DNA of 50,649 bases, taken from NCBI RefSeq assembly GCF_001194135.2, contig NC_068982.1, positions 28,670,583 through 28,721,231 of the forward strand. The letters are read 5' to 3'. Under the pieces are notes generated by a model, which was not told where the DNA came from, made no database searches, and saw nothing but the letters and a program-made list of their open reading frames with translations. Positions within the stretch are counted from its first letter, which is position 1. Every line of letters begins with the position of its first letter. Source of the stretch: Octopus bimaculoides (lineage: Eukaryota). Position numbers and translations under genes: made by a program. This document shows positions 24,831-36,933 of this stretch, one piece after another.

Positions 24831-26200
24831 AATAGCAGCTAAAAATCGCAGTTAAAGATCTTCTTATTAAGAACAGAATTCCCAAAAAACATATCACCTC
24901 TTTGGACTATACATATTAAATCTAGAATACACAGATACACAATACTGAGTTCCCAAATGTCTATCTCCTTTCAACTATATTTTTTATTTATCTTAGAAGC
25001 ATCGCCTGTTTCTGATAACTTGCGTTCACCTAGCTCTGTACAGAACTAAGCATTTTTACCTGGCATAACAGGGTATAACGATTTGAATAATTTATAAATA
25101 ATTTATATACCTGAACGAGAAAAACTTATATGCGTAACGCTATTCCTATTTGAATGTGATTGTAGATATTTTGCATCTTGTAACTAAAGAACGTAGATTT
25201 ATTTACATTTCTAAGCTGAATTATAGCTTACAACTGTGATTTATACATGCAAACCATTCTCTGTCTCATTCTACATAGATGTAGACGCACATAGAATTTC
25301 TCTTCAGATATTAAATTTCTTATCTTGAGCAGATGTTCAACATTATTAAAGGTTCACCTTAAGATATATTCTTCTTTTATTATAAAAGCGCCTGCACGGT
25401 CGAGCAAAGAATTAAATATTAGAAAATGAGTGGACTGCTTAGCTTATTAGACATAATGACAACACACTTAAAGGTTTTCCGGTGGCATGTCGGAGAAGTC
25501 AAAGTCAGTTCGGTGGAGATCATTCCTTTACATATTTTATCCATTGATGCGTTCGAACGTAACACCGCAATTAAACGAAACACATTAATATGCAATATAC
25601 ATGCTTCGTTCAGGTGTTAACCATCACTCAACACCCGATAGTTATAGCATTCAAGCGTGAAGCCGTGTCAGATGTATATTTCCTACTTTTCCTACTGTGT
25701 AACCAGTAAATGTTACAGATGAACACAAAATACATATTGAACAACCCATCTATATCGCGTGTCTTTTAAATTATATCTTTATTTAAAACTATTTTCATCG
25801 ATTCTTACCTTCGATACTGCCATCACATCTTTTGACACTACTATCACTCCACCTTACGCAACACCGTCTTCTCTGCAATTCTAATTATTCTTTCTATGGT
25901 TATAAGTCGGATATTTCATGTTACTTCAGTAAATATATAACTCAACTCACGTGTTGACGATGCTGTTGTTGTTCTAAAACCCCGTTTTTTTAAAGAGTAG
26001 TGTATCTAGGACTACGTTATCTAATATTTAGTTAATATTTCAAGCTGGCCAATCGAGAAGAGAAACAGAATTGCAAAGTTTAATATGCACTTTCTTTTTG
26101 GCTATACATTTACTGATAGTTCATTAAGAAGCATACCTTTAACAGCAATTAACCACTTTCTCCTTTAAGTTTGTATCTGCCTCTTTCACCTTTTGCTTTT

Positions 26201-26204
<4 letters not shown>

Positions 26205-26279
<75 letters not shown>

Positions 26280-26308
26280 TCTCTCTCTCTCTCGCTCTCT
26301 CTCTCTCT
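26205..26308. repeat. (CT)n microsatellite
   Basis: Direct reading. Confidence 0.98.
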
Positions 26309-26916
26309 TCCATTAAGCAAAACCCTCTACCATCAAAGTATCTAGAAGCGCAGCGAAAGATGTTACCTGAAAGTTCTGATCACTTAGCCTTGCAATCAGT
26401 ACAAATATTCTCTTACTGTCTCCTTCCCACACCTTTCTCCTTCGATAAAGAAAGCAAAATCTGTTACAAATTATCTACAAATGCAACGAAAGGGGTTCAC
26501 TAAAACCTCTGGTCATTGAAACTTGGAGCATGTGTAAGAAAAAACTTTACAACCTGGAAACAATATAAGATATAGCATTTTTGTGGGAGAAGATGGTATA
26601 CATAATAGCCTGAGGTATACATAAGAGGCATGATGGTTTCGGCTGGAACATATAGATATTGATACGGAGCTAAATGACAGCATTGTGTGTTCCATTTATT
26701 GTGTCAGTGTTTATCCGAGAATACAGATGAAGAAACATTTCCCAACAAATTCTCGTGTCCACGGAGAACAACGACTATGTGTTACGCTTGGGCATATAGA
26801 TCTATGACTTGGTACACAATTCTAGAGCCTTTTCTATCCTTATACTTAACAGGTGTATTGAGGCAACCTATTGGCTGTTACATCTGTTATCCCCCTTTTC
26901 TACTAATCAATCCTGG

Positions 26917-27292
26917 AGGAGCAATGTCCCAGTAGTTAGGGTAGCAGAATCGCGGTGGTAGGATCGCAGCATCGATTCCCAGATCGGGCGTTGTGACTGT
27001 TTATTACGCGAAAACACCTAAAGCTCCACGAGGCTTCGGCAGGAGGTGGTGGCAAACCCTACTGTACTCTTTCACTACAACTTTCTCTCACTCTTTCTTT
27101 CTGCTTCTGTTGTACCTGTATTTCAAAGGACCAGCCTTGTCACACTCTGTCTCACGCTCCCCGAGAACTACGTTAACGGTACACGTGTCTGTGGAGTGCT
27201 CAGCCACGCGCACGTTAATTTCACGCGCAGGCTATTCCGTTGATCGGATCAACTGGAACCCTCGTCGTCGTAACCGACGGAGTGCCACAACT
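26917..27292 (+). mobile_element. tRNA-derived SINE with a distinct 5' half and the family D tail
   Basis: TCCCAGTAGTTAGGG and TCGATTCCC promoter-like boxes; from ...tttcaaagg.cc.ccttgtc onward it is collinear with the 11620 copy. Confidence 0.8.
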
Positions 27293-27359
27293 AATCAATC
27301 ACAAATGAAATTACTAAAAACAGAAAGTATTAAAGTCAATTATCAAGAAAGATGTATCC

Positions 27360-27960
27360 TCTGAAATATTCTCTCCTCTACAATAAACTTTGATTAGCTG
27401 CAAGCTTCATCCTACATACCTGCCCCAGCCAACGTACAAACCACACCTCTTACTCCTCTCTCAAGAACAAATCTATCATTGTTTATTTCAAAACCACCAT
27501 TGCTGCCTCGGCTACACTTTATGTTACAACACTCTACGCCACTCACCTCAGATATGAGAAGAAATTGTTTCCAGTGATTCCGGGTCAAATACTCTCTTCC
27601 TCATTCCTCTTAGTTCGTCTGTTCTCTCCTTCGTTCAATCAATCACCAGCGCTTGTCCCAAAATCTTTCATCCTGCCTCACATCATCTTTTTCTGAGAAT
27701 ATTTATTTTTAGTGACTTCAATTTACATTTCATATGATTTTCACATTACTTCTTATTAATTTGCTGACCCAGAGACTAAACGTATGTCATTCTGTTTGCA
27801 CCGGTTCGTATCCTTACCTAACCGTATCTTGAATATCATTTATTTATTTATTATCGTCAAATACTACTTATGTTCATTCGTCTGAAGCAATCTCACAACC
27901 TGATCTCTACCTTATCAAGACAGCAGACAATACCTTCGAGAAAACACGAGTAATTCAAGT
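27360..27960 (+). mobile_element. Degenerate APE endonuclease fragment of a CR1/Jockey-like LINE
   Basis: FSE(I)FIFSDFNLH (one extra base) matches the APE motif ILGDFNxH. Confidence 0.55.
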
Positions 27961-28095
27961 CAAATAATTAGTCACAACATCGACGATTCTCTACCAATCA
28001 TTTTTGATCCCCCCTCTCTCTCTCTGTAGCAATGCAGGCAAACAATAATGCATACGATACTTTGAGGAAATACCAACCACCACACACCCACCAAA

Positions 28096-28187
28096 ACACT
28101 TAGAACAGCAGAGGACATCACACAAAATAAAGGACACGTAGGATAGCAGACGACATCGCACAACCTACAAGACACTTAGGATAGCAA
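28096..28187. repeat. 38-bp tandem repeat, about 2.5 copies
   Basis: acac(t/g)tag(a/g)a(c/t)agcaga.gacatc.cacaa units start at 28096, 28134 and 28172. Confidence 0.85.
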
Positions 28188-28199
28188 AAGTCACTTTCA

Positions 28200-28860
28200 T
28201 GCACTGCACAATCTGCAAGTCCTCTTAACTCCGAAATTGCTATTGAAATTTTTGGTCACATTTCGAGAAGACATCTGCCAGGTTTACAGGATTCCAGTGC
28301 CTAACATTCTTCAGCAAAAAGCTTAAAATCCACCACACTTTTTTCTTGATTTGCTATCAAACTCACTCTGAGTACATTCAACAACACCTTATTCACGCTG
28401 TGTTCTCACTGCTATGTACACACAGTCTTTCAATATGAAAACATCTGTAACCATACTGAATCAACAAAGCACAGTCTACTTCCGCGAGCTTGTTAGTTTC
28501 CTATCAACTTCACTGAGGTTCGTCTGATGCATTCATTTCTCCTCAGCTATCAATATTATGAGACATCTACAAAGACCTGCACTAAAACTATTTGTATCAC
28601 CTCTTTCTGAAAGTCATTGTCTTCAGTGACTTCAATTCACACAACACCTCTTGATTTTTCACATTCCTTCCTAATCAACCTGCTGAGCAGACACTGATGC
28701 GTTAGTCATTCTGAACTCACTACATCGGCTAATATGCTTGTCTTAGCGCTAAATATAACCTTTATCTATTTGAATCTGAAACAACCTCATCTGATCTCTG
28801 CTTTACCAAGGTAGTATAATGCATATAACCATTACTACTCAGAACTGCATCGCTTTGGAA
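28200..28860 (+). mobile_element. Second degenerate APE endonuclease fragment, same LINE family
   Basis: KVIVFSDFNSHNTS*FFTFLPNQPAEQTL matches ILGDFNxHxxxW....xxPGE. Confidence 0.55.
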
Positions 28861-29160
28861 TAATCTCCCGCCAAAATTACCGCTATATAGTTGGAGTGAG
28901 AAAATCAAGAGGAATTTTGTGAATTCAGTGTCGAAGTGAGAGTAGAGCTTATCGGTTTGGGTGAGTTTGGAAATCTTATGGGTATGTACTTTCTTCTTTT
29001 TATGACTAAGTAATAACAACACAAATAATTGAGTTTTGGTGCAACAGAAACTACGCTGCAGTACGTTTCTCCAGTTACTGTTGACAGAAACATAAGTTTG
29101 GAGTAATGTATCAAGGTTGCGTGTATAGACTTGGAGTGTAGAAACAGGAGCTGGAATGAA
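28860..29160 (-). mobile_element. Degenerate post-YADD RT segment of the CR1/Jockey-like family
   Basis: SNWRNVLQRSFCCTKTQL (~SDW...N.V.FNASKTQ) and SSTLTSTLN (~SSTLNILG). Confidence 0.45.
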
Positions 29161-29789
29161 GCCTTGTATAAACTTCATAGGAGAGAGAGAAAGAAAGATA
29201 GAGAGAGAGAGAGAGAAAGAGCGAGAGAGAAAGAGAGAGGGAGAGAGGAAGAGAGAGAGAGAGGGGGGACGAAAGAGCGAGAATGCGCGTGCAAAAGTAT
29301 TTAATATAAAGATCGGATAATGTGAGAGTAATTAATGTGCAGATGGAAAATGCAATGATTTTTGTACATTCTCTTATAGAATTTGCTAACAAAAAAGTTA
29401 AACGCTAATTAACAATATAGATAGATATATTTAAACACAATGAAATTTCATTTTATGCAAATCATTTTGTAATGGCAATGGTTGTTGTGTCATATGTATA
29501 ACTAGCATAAAACATCCCTGAGAAGGAAATATTCTACAAGCAGGTGCACAAAATATTCCAAGAAATTAATAAATAACAACACAAATATCTAAGTTATTTG
29601 CAAGAAATCAATGGAAGTTAATGCAAAATAATGTTGATAATTGAACATCAGAATCATTTTATGTAAAGTGAATTTAAGCATTGGTTATTAAATAGAAGTG
29701 ATATTTGTCAGGTAAAATGAAGAAAAGAAAAAAAGATCCAATACAGTAACAACCAACAACAAAGCACTTTACAGGTCACACGCCACACG

Positions 29790-29790
<1 letters not shown>

Positions 29791-29843
<53 letters not shown>
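29791..29843. repeat. (ATCT)n microsatellite
   Basis: Direct reading. Confidence 0.97.
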
Positions 29844-30184
29844 GCCTATTTGTCTACTTATTTATCTACCTACCTACTTTCATATCTACTTCTATATGCA
29901 TAAACCGTTTATATATCCTTAATCTGTTTACCTCCGTGAACCTTTAGAACATTTATATCCATAAATTTATTACAGGAAATGAAACGTCCTCATACCTCCT
30001 TTTTACTGTTTTACTGTTTATTGTGTTTCATCTTGTTTTATTTTAATTTAATTTATTTTATGTCACCCGCCGCCTTTACTTTCGTAACTGCCCTGCTAAC
30101 GGCGTTACCCTGTTATCTTACTATACTCTAATGTTACTTGAGATACACCAACACGTATTGAATTCCAATATATAAAACGTAATT

Positions 30185-30402
30185 AAGGCGGCGAGCAGAC
30201 ATAAACATTAGCACGCCGGGTAAAATACTTAGCGACATTTCATCCGTCTTTTATGTTCTGAGCTCAAATTACGCCGTGGTCGACTTTGTCTTTCATCTTT
30301 TCAGGTTCGATAAAAATAAGTACCGGCTGAGCACTGGCGGTCGATATGATCGACTTACCCACTCCTCCAAAATTGCTGGCCTTGGGACAAAAGTTTAAAA
30401 AT
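30185..30402 (+). mobile_element. SINE family A with 19-bp TSD (1 mismatch)
   Basis: CAATA(T/C)ATAAAACGTAATT at 30166-30184 and 30403-30421. Confidence 0.93.
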
Positions 30403-31130
30403 CAATACATAAAACGTAATTTTCAAATCTACATTATTTTTCAGTGAAAATATGGATGATTAGGTGTAGGATAAGTAGAAGAACAGTGGATGAGAAACCC
30501 TTAGCTATTGAGTATGCACCGTTACCTTCTGTATTCAAATCCCTTCAATGTCTACCTATGGCTGTTAACCAACCGTGTGATGATTAAAATATTAGTAGTA
30601 ATATATTGCTAAGTTTGAATTTACTGCTCCTTCCTACACCAAAATGAGTAGTGTCGAGCCTGTTTCAGAAATCATTGCATAATTTAAGATGGAAGGAGCA
30701 TGTCCTCAACAAACTGTACATGGTCAATATGTTCCATTTATTGTGAACTACATGATGAACATACACAAATACACCGACATATACGATCCAATGAAGAAAC
30801 ATTAAAATATGAACAAATTTGAACGAAAGAAGAAGAAGAAACAGGAGGAGGGGGAGGAAACTCTTCAGTCATATTGCCATAAATATGTCTGCTGCTACTT
30901 AGTAGAAATTAACGGTGTGAGTCAGGTTTGTCAAGGAAGAAAGAGTAGTGAATTGTCTAAATCGGAATCAACAGGCTGCATTGTTTAGCTCTCTCTTTCT
31001 ATTTCTCCCTCTCTTTCTTTCTCTCTATACATGCGTGGGCACATGCATGTATACGTAGTGTATGCGAGTGTATTCAAATAAACATACATGAATTTATAGA
31101 TACATATTAATGGAAACACGCATACTCACA

Positions 31131-31180
<50 letters not shown>

Positions 31181-34100
31181 CACGCACATTCATACACGGT
31201 TACATGTCGAAAGTGTATGTGCCTGCCCATGTCACGTGTGTATATACGAGTGCGTGCGTGTCCGTTCCCGTTGCTGTTTGTGATTTAGCAGAAATATAAT
31301 GGGATTAAATGTATGTATAAACCTTAACATTTCATCTACATATAAATTTTTCAAAAGTAAATATTCATATGATTAAAGAGATGAGAAATTTCAACGCTGG
31401 AAAAGTGCATACAATTTTATTAGCCCTATATTTCGGTATTTTCACTACATATAGCGTGTCCTTAATAGAACAACTCACTATTGGCCATGTAGAAATAAAT
31501 CAGTTGGGAAAAATATACGTACTTGGAACCTTGGAAATCCAGTTGTTGGTTTGTTATGCATCACTAAGTGATATAGGGATTTATTGACGTTACAAAAGCT
31601 ACTTGTACTGGAATCTGTAATTGTGTAAAGGTAAATGGTAAAGAAGATGAGATAGCCATGGTTTAATACTGGAGCAATGTAACCTTCGGGTATGCATTCA
31701 TGCAAACGAGTCATTCGAGTTCTTTTTGAAAAGGCCAAAAGCCTCAATTAAATTTCTCAATAGCATAAAAACTCAAAAGTTTTTCGAAATGAAAATTAAT
31801 TGGAGGAAACCTTGAGGCTGATATACAATTGTTTAGGAATCCCATCAAATAATTATACTCATTGATTTCGTCATGAAGGAATGTTTCTTCAAATATACAG
31901 TATTTATAGGATCACTAAACGTACTTACAGCATTGCAGGGTCCGGTAAAGTTCGGATTCTGAAACATCCGGTGTTTGCTTGTGTAGGCAAAAAGTAATAT
32001 ATCTGAACTCGTCTCCAAACTAAGACAGCGTTGCTCGGTATGTTTAAGCAACAGGATTTGAAGCGATATAAAAAGCACTTGAATTATCATTTCACGTTTA
32101 TGCAATAAACAGAATGCAGCTTTTAAGTTAGTTCCTGCGGAGGACTAATTGGGCCTGCGGCCCTAAAGCAAAGGGAATTAAATAGCATGACTATAATACA
32201 TGGTGTTTGATCAGAAGTTAAGAACGGATGAGAATTAATTCTGTAAAGCAATCATTCTCTTGTTCCAGTCCCAAGTTGAATTCCAGCTGTTGGTTAATTT
32301 GTTCCAAGATTCTTATCTCGACGTAAAATTAAAGCGAACGTCATTTATCTCCCTCGTGATCTCTGATGTCATCTGAGAAAAGCCACGAAGATGGCGTGAA
32401 TCAGCCAAGTTTTATAAGCTAGAAATAGCAACCCAAATGCTTTTAAATCAGATCCCAATGCTGGATGTTCAAGAATCAAATGAAGAGCAAATTTTTTCAG
32501 TCTAGGGATCATCCTGATTCCAGAACATATATGTCTATGTAGAGCAAATATGGTTTGAGATACAGCGGTACCAGACGGACAGAATCTCACTTTTATTACT
32601 ATAGATAACACTAATACACTTTGGAGTAACAATCTCGTTGTCAGAATTCCGCTGTTCAAGCCAAAACGAAGAATAGCAATCTATTCGTGGTTCTTTTGAT
32701 TCTATAGTAGCATACTCAAAGGAACTTTCAGTTTCATCACTCGCTTCTAAAATGAGGAATGGGTTGTAAACTGTGTTGACGATAGCAGCTCTGTCAGCTT
32801 TTTAAAACTTATGATGTGTTAGTTGAAAATCACACAGAAACACCATATTCTTGCCACCAAAATGGTAAATATTTTTTGCAAAACATTACGAAATGTGTGT
32901 GATACATACCTTGACATTTAAGGTAATTCATTTCAGATAACATCCTCGGCTCGAATATTTTTGCCGTTTTGCTGTTAATACCGCAGCTGCAAATAAACTC
33001 TGCCAATAAAAACTGAAATAGGGTAATATGGAGGAACTTGAGCTAACAAATATTGCAATATTGAGCTAACGAATATTGCAAATTACACTCTGCAGAAACA
33101 AACATATTAAACTCATCAGGCGTGGTTTGTTGTTCCAAGATTATCATTTTATGTGCATGTGGAAGACATCTCCCATCGAATAACGTAAACTATAAATTTT
33201 TCCAAATGCACTTTCTTCATAATATTTTTTAGCAACACTTTTAGCTTCAAACTGAATACACAGAAGTTATGTTAGCTTAGTGATGTGGTTTTGGGCATCT
33301 CATATTTTACAAAATTGCTACCCAGTTTGGATTACATGTAAATGCATTGAAGAGATCTGGCTTCAATTAGTGGCGAACAATGCTCACAGAATCTTGAAAA
33401 AGATTTTGTATAATTTGGGATTCGCAATGAAGAAAGGTACAAGTATAACATAATTCTTAGTACGGCAATCAGTACTGTCACTTTCCACTTGATAGCTTTC
33501 TGTTCTTAGTAATGATGTGATGCAACAACATTCAACGCTGATTCATTTTATTTTCTCCTGTAGAGCAGTAATTTACTCACAGCGTTAAAGATGTTAACTT
33601 TCTCTTAAATTCACGAATAACAAATCCAATTGTCCACGAGCTCTACTGATAAGATTTATACATTGCAAAAAAATGCGTGTTTACAAATAATGACAAAAAA
33701 AATGAAAAATACTTTTATTACATACAGTATAGAATACATAACATTAACTCCATTTCAATCTACAGGGTATAAGTTACATTAAACATTAAATAAATACCTC
33801 AATCTCAGAAAACTAACTATGCGACTTTGTTATCAGATGGAAAACAAAAGGATAGTAAAATAATATATTGTGTCAAGTGAATGATACAATAAGTTGTTGT
33901 AGCAGTTTATATTTTATTTGTTTTTGTTTTCTCTCATGTGCTATATCGCTTTCCGTTTATGCTGTTTAGTAGAAGAGTTTACCTTATTATTTTGTTTTCG
34001 AAGTAGATGTAGTTATTTATTGTTCAATGTAAATCATAGGTTGAAAGTTCAAATCTAGCTACAGTAGTTTAGTGTATTAGATTTGTATTTTATTTCTCAT

Positions 34101-35377
34101 CGTATGTAACCGAACGTTTCGAGCTTTTTATATCGCCCTGCCACTCCTGTGATCAATTAGAGTGTTTAAGTTATACCAGTTAGGTTTCTCAAAGTAAAGT
34201 AGATACAATAGATGTACAGAAAAAAAAAACGGAGGTGCAATGAGATATACTATCTGTTATCAACATTTAAATATCTTAGCGTAGGGAAAATTCAGTTATA
34301 TTCCTGTTGTTTTGCTTGGTAATGATGAAACCCAGCTGCAGTGCAGATGTTCTTGGTCGAGTAGACGAAGGTATCTTGATTCGTAACTCATTTTCATTTA
34401 ATATTTTTTAGTGCACTTGAATCTATACACAACTTTGTAAACTGAACCATAGCTTAAATATGCAAATTGTGCATGAGCTGTACTGATGAAGTACTGAGAT
34501 TTCAAAATGAGCATATACAGATGATGGAAAAAGAAGCAATGTTAACTGTAACGATTTGAAACTTCACATTATTTACACTGAAGATTAATACAGATGATGA
34601 CAGAAAAATCCATTTCATAATTGCAATACAGAACGCTTATCATTAAAAATTAATTGTATTCGAACTGTGCTGCGGCCGCTGCAGGGAGTTTGGCAGCAGA
34701 TGTGTTGCAGGTGCGGGAAGTTGAGATGGACCGTGGGAGGTTGGGGGAGTTCGGAAGTCTCTTAGAGGGGGAAGGTGCCGGCCTAGAGTTGGCACCACCG
34801 GAGGATCTGGCGGCGGGCGTGGTGGAGCGGACGGTGGTGTGTGGAGCCCTGTCCCTGAAGTAAAAAAATAGAAGTTGCCACGGTGGAGGCTGTGGAGGAG
34901 TGCCTGGGAGAGGTGAGGAGCCTCACAACATCTTGTACGAGGGTGTACAGCACGGTGGAGGTGAGATTCGCAAATGAGGAAGAAGCGATGAACCACTCCA
35001 CTGTGGAGCTAGGAGCACCAGGGCGGGTGCTTCTGTCCACTTGCTGTGGCAAACATGTAGCAGGGGTAGGGATCGCCAGGGGTGTGCCCTGGGATTGGGG
35101 AGGGTTGGCTGGTGGCAGCCGTTCTTTGCAGCATGGAAGAAGAGGTGGGGGTGCTGAGGNNNNNNNNNNNNNNNNNNNNNNNNNNNNNNNNNNNNNNNNN
35201 NNNNNNNNNNNNNNNNNNNNNNNNNNNNNNNNNNNNNNNNNNNNNNNNNNNNNNNNNNNNNNNNNNNNNNNNNNNNNNNNNNNNNNNNNNNNNNNNNNNN
35301 NNNNNNNNNNNNNNNNNNNNNNNNNNNNNNNNNNNNNNNNNNNNNNNNNNNNNNNNCCCCAAGGGGAAGACGGAGAT

Positions 35378-35443
35378 GCGGTGGAGCGGGAGCGGCAGAG
35401 CGGGAACGGCAGAGCGGAAGCGGCAGAGCGGGAGCGGTGGAGC
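35378..35443 (+). repeat. 14-bp GC-rich minisatellite (gcggcagagcggga, ~4.7 copies) inside the element
   Basis: Units at 35378, 35392, 35406, 35420, 35434. Confidence 0.9.
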
Positions 35444-35620
35444 TGAGAGAGGGAACGTGGCGCCAAGGGGCGAGACCCAGTATGTGAAAAGAGTTCAGAA
35501 AATGTGGAGGAACAGTTTACGGTGGTGAAGAGAAAGAAGAAGAGGGAGGGAAATGCGGACTTACCACCAAAGAGTCCGCCAAAGAAAAGAAAAGAAAGTA
35601 CAGAAGAAGCTCAGTATGGG

Positions 35621-35830
35621 AGACCAGCAACATCGAGAAGAGCCAGCGCGGAGGAGCAGGTGAAATTGCTGAAGCGAAAAGAAGCAAAGGAGAAGAGGCC
35701 AGCAGCATCGAGGGAGGTCAGGACGGACGAGCAGGTGGGATTGCCAAAAGAAATCGATAAAAAAGATGTACAAATACCAACAACATCGAAGGAGGCCAGC
35801 ATGGGAAAGCAAGAAGCATTACAGAGAAAA
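35621..35830 (+). repeat. In-frame 75-78-bp repeat x3 (RPATSRRASAEEQV / RPAASREVRTDEQV / IPTTSKEASMGKQE)
   Basis: Unit starts at 35621, 35696 and 35774. Confidence 0.8.
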
Positions 35831-36299
35831 GAACCAAAACATGTATGGAACATGATTATGTATACGAAAAGTGTAGAAGTAGAAAAGAAAATTACAAAAA
35901 ATGAAAGCAGCTATCAGGACGAGACTAATGTCGAACGAATACCCCAAAAATACCAAAGCAATCCTATTTGATAGCGCGAGAGGTGAAAAACTAAGAGAAC
36001 TATTTGGGGACAAGAGAGAGATAACGGGATTGCGAGTGCAATTCGACAAATTGCTACCAGTGGTGGATTTAAAGATTTGATGCTGAATCTAGTGTGATAA
36101 AGAGGGAAAAAAGTAAGTAAAATTTTTTAAATTGTTAGTGACGTTAAAAAAAAAAGATTCAAAAGAAAAAGAAAAAAACAAGAACTGATTTACAAATGTT
36201 AACCAAAAAACATTTAAATGACACAGCCTGCGAGTGGGGAGCAGGGAATCCATTTCATTTTCGTTATTATAATTCATCTTTCATTCATTCGTTCTATGT

Positions 36300-36933
36300 T
36301 TTATATTCCCACTGTGCTGTGTTGTCTGTCCGTGTATCGTCCTCTCTATGTCGAACCTGAGTGCTCAATAACAGAAATCAGTACGCAGGGCGAAATGCTT
36401 ACTGATATTTCGCTTGTCTAAGGTTCTGGAAGTTATTTCGTGTTAAACTTATCGTATTTCGGTAATTTCAACCAATCAATGACGTCTATTGAAGTGAAAA
36501 CAATTACTGCTGTTGTTTGTCAACAAGACGTTCTGGCGGTGTAAATTTACTTTTTCACTGTTATTTCTGATATATTTACATTTGAGATACACGTGTATAT
36601 AGTTTAATCAATTCAATTATTAGTTATTTAAAACAATTTTTCAGTTTATTTTGTTTGTGGAAGTATTTTCGTTTTGTTTTAGCGTTTTCGAAATTGCCTA
36701 TTTTGGGATCTTTTCCTTTGAAAAATTACTGCCGTTGTTTGTCAACAACAACAACTATCGCCGGTACATATTTTGTTTGTCACTGTTATTTATGACATTG
36801 TTCGTGCGTTTGTACTGGTTTTTCGCTTTAGGGTTAGGGTTAGGGTTCGGGTATTAGAGTTAGGGTTAGGGTTTTAGGGTCGAATTTATATTCCTACTGT
36901 GCTGTGAAATATGTACCGCAGATATAAATTCGA
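36300..36933 (+). mobile_element. Unclassified element bounded by 22-bp direct repeats, with degenerate (TTAGGG)n and a terminal hairpin
   Basis: TTTATATTCC(C/T)ACTGTGCTGTG at 36300-36321 and 36885-36906; TTAGGG-like units at 36828-36880; 12-bp inverted repeat 36880-36891/36922-36933; internal direct repeat at 36502 and 36724. Confidence 0.55.
36828..36880 (+). repeat. Interstitial degenerate telomeric repeat (TTAGGG)n
   Basis: ttagggttagggttagggttcgggtattagagttagggttagggttttaggg. Confidence 0.9.

Larger units (their letters stand above)
34654..36215 (+). mobile_element. GC-rich retroelement with frameshifted ORF1/gag-like coding region and A-rich tail, no ORF2 (HAL1-like non-autonomous element, inferred)
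   Basis: Sharp GC/purine-rich island. Consecutive frames join at homopolymer runs (A-run ~34862, G-run ~35078): SNCAAAAAG...ERTVVCGALSLK / EVATVEAVEECLGEV...TVEVRFANEEEA...GKHVAGVGIAR / GIGEGWLVAAVL / gap / charged tail with EEQFTVVKRK / final 59-aa frame 35901-36080. A-rich tail follows directly. Confidence 0.65.

Noticed and set aside
28096-28187. Regularly spaced repeats considered as a CRISPR-like array (also 5830-5872 and 35378-35443)
   Set aside because: These are head-to-tail tandem repeats without unique spacers, no cas genes are present, and the context is eukaryotic.
32369-32659. 96-aa minus-strand ORF and nearby AAGATGGCG motif
   Set aside because: No recognisable homology; the ATG in the motif is followed by a stop after two codons.
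34630-36220. Possible TSD for the ORF1-like element (cattaaaaat vs catttaaat)
   Set aside because: Short, AT-rich and mismatched; not distinguishable from chance.
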